A stretch of 64,000 nt of DNA from the NCBI GenBank assembly GCA_000165425.1, contig CT868640.1, forward strand, positions 5,142 through 69,141. The letters are read 5' to 3'. The notes under the pieces are model-generated. The model did not search any database, was not told the DNA's origin, and worked only from the letters and a program-made list of their open reading frames with translations. How positions within the stretch are numbered: position 1 is the stretch's first letter; each line of letters opens with the position of its first letter. Shown one piece after another: positions 12,313 to 24,175 of this stretch. A program made the position numbers and the translations under genes. This DNA comes from Paramecium tetraurelia. Its lineage: Eukaryota.

Positions 12313-13644
12313 ATGAAATACATCATAATAAGCTATTACTTTGACCAAGGAGGATAAAGTAATGCACTTTTTTAGCTATTTAATTATGTAATCATCTTAT
12401 TAGGAGGTAATACAAAAATATCAAATGCTCGTTTAACAAAGATCTCACATTAAGTTTTTTATTTCATCTTATGGTACCTTGGTTTATCAGATTAAACTAT
12501 AAAATTTTATAATCAGCATTTACTAATTTTTATTTTAATAGAAAAAGAAATTAATTTAAATGTTGCAGCTTTTAGGTAATAAAGATTAAAATCAAAGTGA
12601 TTGTATCAGTGTTAATGTTTTTATTCACTTATTATAAGCAAATTTACATTTAGAAACTTCAAATCCCCCAGATATCCCCTTTTACATTTTTATAAATGGT
12701 TTCAAAGAGTAAATTTTCGCTTAAATACCGGAAACATAGTATGAATAAACTATAGAGTGTTATTTGGACAAAGGAGGTTTGATTTCTCAATATGATAACA
12801 GAACCCTTCAAATGTTGGGTTTTACAAATAATTGCACATTCCATATGACACTGAAATTATTAGGTTAAAGAATAAATGATAAAAATAATAAAAGATTATA
12901 TAAAGTATTAGCGGAGTTGAAAAACAAAACAATTTAATTATTTGTGGAATAACTAAAAACTACTCCTGTATCCTCTGTTTTTCATGATATTTTGGTAGAA
13001 TTATTCCAAAATTATTAACTTGATATTTCTTTACCGTTTGTTTTTTTTATAAATGGCACAGAAGTTCAACCATTTGATATTCGATTGATATAAGATTTTC
13101 AAACAAAACAAGGTATTATAATTAAATTGGTTCTTCCAAAAAAATAACCTAATCAAGATTCAATAGAAAAGTTAAAATTTGCTCTAAATAAAGTAAGTAG
13201 ATTAAACGTTGTTAAAGAAAAATTATTATGATAGAGCAGATTGATAAAATGTAATATTTTACATACACTGACATTTCTCTAAAAGAGATATTTGCAAATA
13301 TTAAAGAAGATTTGCAATTATAACATGGTTATGTATAATATTAAATTAATGATAAAATATTTTCTGAACTTTGTAATATTTATGCCATAAATGATTTTAA
13401 GTTTGCAATTTAATAGAATGTTGTTAAATTAATTGGAGAGTTTTATAAGAAAATTAAAATTGAGGGCTTTATAGATGGAAACCCCCATATTACTGAAGAA
13501 ACCATGCCAATAAATACTTAAATGATAGAATTCCTTAAGGATATTAAATTTAAATTATTTGGCCCAAAATAAAATAATTATGATTAAGAAATTATTAAAT
13601 AAGAAGATTATCATGTTGTAGTACATTGGATGATCTAAAAATGA
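12313..13644 (+). CDS. Hypothetical protein with repeated small alpha/beta (ubiquitin-like?) units; 5' end uncertain
   Basis: Clear frame from ~12875 to TGA at 13642-13644, with a probable intron near 13193-13217. Repeated segments such as PFVFFINGTEV and YVQYQINDKIF. Upstream exon structure not resolved. Confidence 0.45.
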
Positions 13645-14903
13645 AATCATTTATATAAATATAAATATAAATAAATAAAATCTTAATAACCTCCCTTTTT
13701 ATTAGAACTACTAGAATCCTAAGGATAAAATGCATATTAATATTAATAATTTTATTTTTTAAAAACATTACCCTCTAAATCGATAACAATAAAAAAATTT
13801 ATCAAAGAAATGTAGTTTTTTAGTCTATTTTCCACAATTTCCAGGATTCTTTAAATTGATTCTAATCTTTGTACTAATAAGCATAATATTAATTATCTTG
13901 TTTAAAAATATATGTAAGATAAAATAAATAATTAAAATTATTAGGCTATTTTAAATTGCATCAATAATAATGATATATTTATTCAATTCTTCAAATCTGA
14001 AATTACACTAAAAATTAAGAAACCATTGAAATTTCTGGTTTATGAAAATGTATTATCTACTTTTTTGAAATCTATACCGTAATAGAAATTTTCTTTAACA
14101 AAGATTTTCCTATACATACGAAATAATTGTCGAGAATTAAGGAAGCCTTTGTCAATTAAATATATCCTAAAATATCTCACATTCTTATTCAAACCAAAAA
14201 GAATAATTTATCTATTGATAAATGTAGTATGTTAATATTTAAATTTTATAATTTTATAAATTCATTATATGCAACTAATTTACCATTAATTCAAAAATCA
14301 AAATAAGACTAACTAAATATCATTAATATTTGATATAAAAATTATATATTTAGTACATAAAACTATAAAAGAAAATATTTGATAAGTCATTTTTTTTCTG
14401 TTCAATATAAATAATTAATGACGTTAGATTAAAATTTTTTACATTTTTTTAAGAAAATAACTATTTGATGACCCAAGAATTCGTATTGCTCATCACTTTT
14501 CTTGTTTTTTTAGCATGATAAGGTGATTTTTTTACGTATTTTTTTGGATTTAAATGAGTTTTTTAAATGCTAGATATGATGTATCTTTGTAAATATATAC
14601 AGCAATTCCATTCTTTTTTAATGAAATATCTTATTTTAAACTTTAATTTTATACAAATCATGAAAGGCAAACCTTTTCCAAGAAAGAAAAACGCCAGAAT
14701 GACAAATGCTTAAAATTTCTTTAATTTTGAAAATATAAAAAATATAAAATATCAAATGTCATTCAGCAAAAACATTACTATCCTGAAAATTTTTAAGCCT
14801 ATTAAATCATCCTTTTTTTCTTTCTTCTAAAACTCATAATAATTAAAAATATTAATCTGTGTTTCCATAACTATTTTGAAAATCAAAAAGATTAATATAA
14901 AAA

Positions 14904-16250
14904 ATGGCTAATTTCCCTTTAATAATGATTATTTTAAGCTTTGGCTCTTCCTTTATTTACTACGATACTGGAATGACTTATGACTTTGATTATGATTATG
15001 ATTCTGATTTTGATTGCAGAAATGGTTATTCTAAAATAGTAACAACGACATTCTCAGATGAATTTGAGTAAATTCCTCAAGTATTTTTTACTAATGAAAA
15101 ATTTGATTAAGACACAGCCGAAGTGGAGTTTAATCTTGAAATAACAACCATTACTAAAACATGTATTTAATATTATCGATTACGTTAATAGCATTTACAT
15201 TATAAATTAGTTGTAGTGTGAATAGAGTATATAGACTGAATTTAAAATGGTTTGCAATTGATGATTAGCGTATTGAAGTGTTAAGTAACTTCAATATGGA
15301 GAATCCAGATGATAAAACTTTTTAAATTAAAAATCCAAATGCTTAAACTGGATTTGTAATAATCACAAGTTTTTCTTATACAGGACCAATTGATTTTCTA
15401 TTATCGGTAATCACTAATATGATATATAGATAAGCTAAATAACAACTAATTCAGTAACTGTCAGCATTACTAAAGTAGAAGGAAAGTTCACAAATCTTCG
15501 CAAGATTGGATATTTTGTAGTTGTAGGAATTGAAGAAGCATTCATTAATTTAGGATTATAGACTACAACTGAATGTTTCAGTAGTGGTGATCTTGCAATA
15601 CAACCGAATAGATGGTTTGCAATATCATTGTAAGGATTGAATTATCCAAATGATAATAATTTAAGAATAAAAGCAATACATAGTGACACACCAACAACGA
15701 TATCATATACTTGGGGCACCTGTAATTATTTATAATTAATATAAAAGGGGATTAATCTGAAACTCCAAATAGTCATTCTCAGATTTGGATTGCTTATTAA
15801 TTTACAAAGATATTTAAACCTTTAGAATGTTTTTCAATAAGAACCAGTAGAAAATAAGTTAAGGATTTAACAATATTTCCTACATTCTATTTAGAATTCG
15901 TTTAATCTAATTAAATTTACACTACAGATGGAGATTATGAATATTACGTCGATATATCAAATGCACCATTTAAAATGGGTATTTAAATTACATGTGAAAA
16001 TGGAAAGAAAATCAAAGCAGATTTCAATAAATGCAATTCTTGTAGCTATTAAAATACTCACTCTTATACCTATAATTGCTTTAATTAAATGAATTATATT
16101 GGCTTCTTTCCTGTGTTTTAATAAGCATTTCCATAATATAATCATTTAAAAATTAATATGCAATCATCATCACTTGAAATTATAAATGTCGTTTACGATT
16201 AAGTCATTACAGAAAAAACTATAGTGAATATTTAAATATTAGATCAATGA
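14904..16250 (+). CDS. Secreted H-type-lectin-like domain protein (Paramecium multigene family)
   Basis: Signal-like MANFPLIMIILSFGSS, then F.DEFEQIPQVFF..EKFD...EFNLEITTITKTSFTLQISC...LKWFAIDDQRIEV. Three tiny introns near 15162, 15408 and 15722. Confidence 0.75.
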
Positions 16251-16586
16251 ATAAATATTAAGACATTTATAGATTTCATTGTTCAAATTTTGTTATTTAA
16301 AAATAATATTCAATTATATAACAGTAGTAATAATATTTATTAATTCAATTAATCACTTTTCTTAGGTAAATTCGATTTACTTTAATTACCATCTTTATAT
16401 ATAGATTATTGAATGCCAAAATAAATTATTTACTTTAAAACTAATTAGGTCATCTTTTGTATTAAAATAAGAGATTACGAGATGAATCTTCTTTCCATCT
16501 TTAATACAAAAGCAGTTTATCAAGAACTCTTAAATAATTCTAAAACTTATTATTATTAACAACTATTATCTATAAAAATAATAAAT

Positions 16587-16952
16587 TCACGAATTCCATC
16601 TTATCGCCACTTAAGAGTTGAGAGTTGTTATAAAATGTACTAAATTATTGCCTTTCAATTCGTAATCAGCAGCCTATATGGCTAAAGCCAATCCCATCGC
16701 AAATTCACTTATTGATTTATATTTATAATAGCTTGAGCTTTATTTTACCTCTTAACATTGGAATTGCGCATCTTTTATAAAATAACTTTAGCAATCTTTT
16801 TGATTACAAAAAATATCCCCTTTTTCTGTAATATATGAGTTTTTATAGCAACTTTGATGAACCCAATTTCTTTTTGCTATTGATTAACAAGGGCACACTG
16901 GAGGGCAAGGGAACTATAATCTTACACATTATAAATCTGGATTAGGATTCAT
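16587..16952 (-). CDS. Small Cys/His-rich putative Zn-binding protein, 121 aa
   Basis: MNPNPDLQCVRLQFPCPPVCPCQSIAKRNWVHQSCYKNSYITEKGDIFCNQKDCQSYFIKDAQFQC...VAIRWNS-TGA. Intronless. Confidence 0.8.
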
Positions 16953-17385
16953 TACAATTATTTTAGACTATAAAACTTAGAAGTATTGTAATTATAAAAC
17001 AATATTTTATTCTATTACTTTATTTATTAATTGAATAAAAGTTTATAATCTAATTTAGTCAACATTTGCTATTATCTTTAGATTCTAAACTTAGATATTT
17101 TAGTATTGTGAAGTTTAAATAGTGTAAAATCATAGACAATATGAATTTTATGATAAAACTTAGAACATAAAAATTAATATTTTTTAAATGCTTTTTTTAT
17201 TTTTATCAGTAAAATAATTTCTGATTCTTTCATATGTACACGAAAGAATCTATTTATTTTAATATCATTTCCTTTATGGTAACAAAAATATTAATTTGTT
17301 TTAAGAAGATTATGGAGATTAATTTGATGATTGATAAAAATATCTTTTGATATAAATATAGAACAATATAAAATGTACATATATT

Positions 17386-18504
17386 TCAGGTGCTTTAGAA
17401 TATGGCTAGATAAATTATCATCCAAATAGGCATTGTAATAATACAACCTATATATCCATATAATAGGATCAATGATACAACATCCTCAGCATTTTATTAG
17501 TATTGTTTGGCCATGACTAAAATATTAATAGCAGATGGAGTGCAAAATGTTATAAATAAAATAAATAGTTGACAAATGTCTGTCATAATTGATAGTTTAT
17601 CCAATAGCAAAATAGTAGCTAATCCTAGGAAGGGTAACAGTATTAATCTATTAGCCACTATCTAAATGATTGTGGATGTCTTTTCTTATTAGGATGAATT
17701 ATTAAAATAAATTAAATATAAGTTAGATCCAAGAATCATTAAGACAGATGGAGTAGTTGCTTTCGAGATTGTTTGTAAAGGTAAGAATATAGCACTATGG
17801 AGAAATGTGTCATTGATCAATTCATCTTAAATTGGATACAGAACTAAACAGCATAATGATGCCAGCACTGATAATAAAGGCATATTCCAAAAAGACTTTT
17901 CTCCTTTTGGTTCATTCTTGTTTTATGTTTATTGTTCTGGCAAAGCTATTCTTAGATCAGAAAGTTCAATCTCAGCCTGATTCTAATCGCTTTCATGTTA
18001 TTCTAATATGGTTTTACCTATAGACCATCTTAAAGCATTGACTATCACAGTTTAAATAATAATTATGGTGACTAATTTCACTTCAATTTATTTTTCTGGT
18101 TATTCAGTCATTTTAGATAGATAGGTTGTAAGTCCATAGGAAAGTTGGAGTTAAATATTAGTAGTGTGAGGGTTTGCAGAGGATAAAATGACAATGGAGT
18201 TTAGTTTTTTTTCTTTGATCCAATACTTATTGCTAAATAATCCTATGCAGTAACCAAAGAGTAAGCAGCAAAAAGTTGTAATAATACTAGGTATTAATGT
18301 TATTAGTGAACTAATTGTGACTGCTTTAAGAAAGTTAGTAAAAATCAATGATGGAAGAAATAGCCTTTCAACCAGACTGGATAAGGTTGTTGTGAATTAT
18401 TTGTTCATGACTTTTGTATGGGTTAGAAGAGCACCACTCCCTGCAATGGCTAAAACACCAAATGTTGCTGAAACTACCGCTCGTATAATATTTATAAAAA
18501 TCAT
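17386..18504 (-). CDS. Auxin efflux carrier (AEC/PILS-like, Mem_trans) membrane transporter, copy A
   Basis: 372-aa intronless ORF with TFGVLAIAGSGALL, LVERLFLPSLIFTNF, LSSANPHTTNIQLQ, ISKATTPSVLMILGSNL and FITFCTPSAINILVMA. About 10 TM segments in two halves. Confidence 0.9.
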
Positions 18505-18717
18505 AAACAAAATTTAATGAAAATATTTAAATTTTCTGAATAATTTCTATAACTCTTCATTTTCTTATCACCCAAGAATGGTCTAAAATATTAAGGTAAA
18601 TTACTTATTTTTATGCATTTTAATTAAGAAATAATTTCATTAATATATATTTACAACCAATTTAAAACTAAATATACTTTTATGATAATAATCGATAAAT
18701 CTGTAAACATATTTTAC

Positions 18718-19842
18718 TCATGCAATAAATACAATTAAATATATGATCATCCATAATGGCAAAGTGATTATAGCTAAGAGATAACTGTGTAATAAAACAG
18801 TTGCCACTAATTCTTCAGCTGATTGTTGATATTATTTTGCTAATAATAGTATATTAATTGATGACGGAGTACAAAATGTTAGAAATAACATAAACAATTG
18901 ACATTTATCATCAATTATATTCTGACTTAGTATGAATATCACCATTATCATACCAATTATTGGCATCAAAAGTATTCGGTTGAATACTATGTATAATATT
19001 GATTAATGTTTTCCAAAATTTGCTGAATTTCCCATATAGATTTCATAAAGGCTGCTTCCAAGAATAAGCAACATAATAGGAGATGTCACTTTTGATATTG
19101 TTTAAAGTGGTGCAAAAATTATATTGTAAATTAATGGATTAGACAGAATGGTAGTTTAAACTATTGGGACGCATATACATGCAATTGAAACCACAGCAGC
19201 AGTCAAAGGAGCATTCCAAAATGACTTCTTTTAAGAATCATTTTCACTCTTAAACGTCAATTGTGATGATAATGGAATCATCAAACAATGAGACTATGGT
19301 TCTGATAGATTTGTCATTTCTAGTTCCATCTCCTATTGTTGTAAAAGACTTCTTCCTATAGTCCACCTAATTGAGGTCATGATAACAGTCTAAATAATCA
19401 CAGTAGTGATAAGAGTAGCTTCAATTTATTTTTCAGGTTAATTAGTCATCATCGCAAACCACTTGCTCAGACCATAACATAGTTATAATTGTAAATTTGT
19501 AGTTTGCGGATTAGCTGTAGCTAAAACTATTACTGAATTCAGTGTTTTCTCTTTAATCCAATATTTATTACTAAGAGTACCAAGTAAATAACCAAAAATA
19601 AAACATAACAAGGTGATGATGATACAAGGGATATATTGGTGCAGTATTTCGAGTGTGAGACTTTTTAGAAAGTTGGTAAAAATTAATGTTGGAATAAATA
19701 AATGCTCGGTTAAACTAGAAAGTTAGCTTGTGAGTTGTTTTGTGATAACTTTTTTATGGGTTAAATATGCTCCACATCCACTTATAAAAAATACACCAAA
19801 AGTAGTTGATACAACTATGATGATAATGGTTAATATCTCCAT
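18718..19842 (-). CDS. Auxin efflux carrier (AEC/PILS-like) membrane transporter, copy B
   Basis: 374-aa intronless ORF colinear with copy A: LTEHLFIPTLIFTNF, LATANPQTTNLQLQ, SKVTSPIMLLILGSSL, FLTFCTPSSINILLLAKQY. Confidence 0.9.
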
Positions 19843-19928
19843 TTATTTTAATTAAATAAGAATAAATTCAAATATAGTATAAAACTATTGAAAAATATCC
19901 CAATAAAAATAAATAATTGTTATTTGTA

Positions 19929-21746
19929 ATGACGAAATTTGCTCTAATTTTTGCCTTGCTTTTAATTTGTAATTTTGGAAAGAAAACCATATATGACAGA
20001 CTACATGGAACACACATAGAGGAGGAATTCGAAAATGAAGTCGTTACGGAAATTACTATGTACGATGAGGAAGACCCTAAATTGAAATATGAGAAAATGA
20101 TGAATACATTTATGAGATTAAGTAAATGATTAAATATTCTATATAGATGAGACCGAAGTAATCGGTTGTAGAAAAACAGATCATCATGAATTCTTTGGAA
20201 TGTTTTTTTAAAATGCTGGAAGGATTGGAAATGGTGGGTAGAATGATATTAATTTGATCAAATATGAGGATGATTGCTACGAGTCAATGAGTGTATCATA
20301 TGATACAAATGACAAAGAAAAGTAAGTTTTATGACCTATAAACATTTTAGTCGTGTGAGGGTTACATTCACTCCAGGAAAATACAAGAATAGCTAACAAT
20401 GTTCAGAATTCTATTTGATTGGAACAACCTTGAATTACAATATTGTCAACATTAAAGATTGTAAATTTATTATAATTAATTTAATTTAGAAAAGGAACAC
20501 ACAGTCTATTTTAATTTTAGAAATCAAAAATAAGTTGAAGCCTTTAAGTATTCAGGTGCTTACATCTTCAGAACTTGTGATTATTTGGAAAATTGGTTTG
20601 GTGATCTTTTGATGACCTTAGAATTATTTTTTGGTGGATTTTCAAGTAATCCATATTTAGGTCCAATCTTCGGAAGGTACTCTAATTTTAAATATAATAG
20701 TCAACCACCTGATTGGATGGTAAGATCAAATATAGAATTGATAGAAAGAGCAACTGGTTATAGATGGTAAGAAAGACCTAATGTGGTTGTGGATTTAAAG
20801 GCTAGTGAAATACAAAGTGGAGATTTTCTAGCTGTAACTAGATTTGATGGATTAGATTAAATTATAGAATGGGGAACTGGAGGTAGAATTGGACACAGCG
20901 CTATGATCTTTGAAATTGATGGTGAAAAATACGTCATTGAATCATAAGATGCTTGGTATTGGCCAACAAAAAAAATACAAAAGACTAAATGGGAAGATTG
21001 GAAAGTCTATGCTAAGAATGCTGGATTTAATGTTGCTGTTTTACCATTGAGTCCAGAAAAAAGAGCATAATGGGATTAAGAAGGTGCTTTGGCTTATTGG
21101 AAAAAGATGGAAGGATAACCATATGGATATCACACATTTTTATTCGGTTGGATTGATACTCCAACTGACAATTATCCAAAACCATTGAGTGCAGAATTTG
21201 CCACTTATATGTTTTCTTTCTTTGAAAAAATAGCACCTGGACCAATCACTTCATTGGTTGGAGAAGCATTGAATAAAAGATTGGGCACTGAAGGATTATC
21301 AGTATCAGAAGTAGCAATAGAAGCTGCAAAACAAGGAATAGAATTGGTAGATCCTCTATTTATATTTATAGGCTGAATTATATGCTATGGTAGAAAGAGA
21401 TGAATGGGTGTATAGTGATGGTCCAAGTCAAGCATGTGCTGCCTTTGTAACTGGCATGTACAAAGCTGCTGGCCTTTTCAAACCCTTCCATATTGAAGCA
21501 CTTGAGTAATGTTCACAATTTTAACATAGGTTTACACCAAAAGATATTTATCAATTGAAATTCTTTGATTCAAATTACGAAGTTCCAAAGAAATGTAAGA
21601 AGAATGATCCAGATCTTCCCTATTGCTAATTGATGGGAACTCACAGAATTGAATTAGAAGGATACAATACAGTCGAACCTTATGAAAATATGAATGAGAG
21701 ATGTCCAAGCGTTGCTCCTGAATTCATAAGACCTGATGGCTGTTGA
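19929..21746 (+). CDS. Secreted permuted papain-like (NlpC/P60, YaeF/YiiX-type) amidase-domain protein
   Basis: Signal peptide MTKFALIFALLLIC. SGDFLAVTRFDGLDQIIEWGTGGRIGHSAM (His) precedes YSDGPSQACAAFVTGMYKAAGLF (Cys), and EFTPKDIY follows. Several tiny introns. Confidence 0.8.
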
Positions 21747-21795
21747 TGTCTTCATAAAACAGAAATTTATTAATATATTTAGATTTTATATTATA

Positions 21796-24114
21796 TCAAG
21801 GTAAAAAGTTGTCTTCTACCCCATCTTAGAATTGTTCGTCATCTAAGTTTTATCTTACATTTGTCTTAGGAGGTGGTTGCTTATTCCCTCTCCTATTAAT
21901 TAAATCATACTGATAATTACCTTGTGTTATTTGTGAAACTAACTGGATTATCATCACCTTAAGGTAATCGAACCTATTCTTCTTCATTATTTATTAAATT
22001 TATGTCTTGACCACCCTAATACCCTTCCATCATCTCCATTTCTCTTTCCAATTTTCTTAATTACCCTGCATATTCATCATAAGGCAATCCCATTTCTCTA
22101 CACAATTGCACCAAGAATCGGAGACCTAAAGTAAGTAATAACTTTGATACATTCAATGTTATCGGGGTAATCAGAATAGATTTTCTAATAGTTTCCTAAT
22201 GCCTTTTGGAAATGTCCCATTCTTCTATAACAACTAGCAACCATTAATTTCCATTTCACATCTCTTGTTTACACTTGTGCTGCTCTCTCAAAATATAAGC
22301 TTGCCTTTTCATACATTTCCTATTTCACATAATACACTCCCAACCATGATATTGTATCTATGTTTGTCGGTAATATTCTATATGATTCTTAAAAATAATG
22401 TAATGCTTGAGGTTCATCATCTTCCTGTTAATTAATTTATGATATAATTTACCCTTGCAAATAGTGAACCTAATCTGGCTAGAATATTTGGATCATTTGG
22501 TACTTTGTTCAACAATTCTAGATACCATTTCATTGCTTATTTTGAGTTTCCTGTCATTTCATAGAGTGTGGCCATTTAATACAAAACCTCAGGGATACAG
22601 ACAATAGTTTATAATTTATCTAATGCCTACAAGGATTCGATAAACATATTCAATTTTCTATTTACATAGGCCAAATTGTAGAGTGCTTCTATACAATCTG
22701 CTTCAACACCTATAGCTTCTAGATATTATTCTTTGGCTCTCAAGAATTCATTTTTCACATATAAACAATTTCCTCTGTTAACTAAGGCCTTAGCATTATA
22801 TCGATCATATGTAATGGCAATTTCAGCATATTTTTCAGCTTGTTTATAATCATTTTCTAAGAAATACAAGAAGGAGATGTTTGTAGCAATACGAGCCATG
22901 ATTTGCTTGTCCTTTTTTTCGAATCCCTTGAGTGTTTCTATAGATTTCTCAATATTCTTTTTTTTTAAATAGGCCATAGCCTTGCATATTTCGATTTCAG
23001 TTTCAGCTTCAGGGAATGTAGAATTCTTGAGTTATTCTAAGATCCATTCATATCCTATAATAATGTCATCTTCAATCAATGGAGCAATCAGTTTTGCTGA
23101 AGTGGCAATATAATAAATGGCTTTTTTTCTTCTTTTTTTAGTATCTTCTCTCAATTTATCTGTAATAGTAGTTCCCTTGTTTTTCATTATTCTCTTCTTC
23201 ACCCTCTCCTGGTATTTCGATGGTTAGGAGAGTAACAAAGTAGTCCTTCATTTTATTCTTATTTCCACTAAAATACAAACAAATCAGAAGATTGAACCCA
23301 GTTGGGAAATCAGGTGAATTCTTGAGTATTTATTCATAAGTGGTCATTGCCTCTTTGATTTTATCTTTGCCCATCCTTACTTGAGCATGACCAATGTTTT
23401 TTTGTATTTTGAATCTCATTTCCTTGGAGGTGGCAGGGATCAAATCCAAAGCCATTTTGTACATTTTGATGGCAGTAGAATATTTTTTCTATTCAAAATA
23501 AATGTTTCCCATATTGACTCTTAATCGTCCTGCTTGTGGATACTATTTACATTTGATGATTTCTTGATATTTTGCTAAAGCATCTTGATGGAGTCCATTC
23601 GCATGTAATGCACATGCTTAAGTTAAGGCTGCACAATAACTTAGGTCAGGGTTGATTGATTCAACTAAATTTTAGGCTTCTTTAGATTGTCTTAGTTTCT
23701 TTTCTTTGTTGAATGCTTCTTTAGCCTTCTCCAGACATTCAGAGAGATTGCCTCTCAATTTAGCCATGGCACTCTATTCAATCAAGGTATTGATTTCTTT
23801 TTCGATTGCTTTGAACTATTCTTCAGGATTAGTTTCAAGTTTGGGTTTATTCAAATTAATTTGATTTTGAGTAGAATTGAAAGGGTCCTTCTTCTACCCA
23901 AAATTGGCTCCTCTATTGGAAGTCATAGGTCTTGCTTCAGCTTGAGGTTGTCTGGCAGCTGTGCCTAGAGGTTTGCCTCGAGAAGGTTATGGTCCACCTG
24001 GTGCAGGTTATTATGCCTAAACTTGAATGAATAATGTTTTACTCTAACGTTTTCAAAATTGTAATTATTGACAGGGGGTTTACTACCAGTTTGATTGAAA
24101 TTATTGCCACTCAT
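21796..24114 (-). CDS. IFT88: Intraflagellar transport protein 88 (TPR protein); true start possibly 24143
   Basis: RPMTSNRGANF, QAGRLRVNMGNIYF, AIKMYKMALDLIP, ARIATNISFLYFLENDYKQAEKYAEIAITYDRYNAKALVNRGNC, HYFQESYRILPTNIDTISWLG and WKLMVASCYRRMGHFQKAL. Confidence 0.95.
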
Positions 24115-24175
24115 ACCAAAGGCTCCATATTAGATTAATTCATAATATATATATTATTATTTAAATTTTGGTTAA

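Noticed and set aside
14697..14764. Inverted repeat gaatgaca...tgtcattc as a structured RNA
   Set aside because: Only 8 bp with a long AT-rich loop; compatible with chance.
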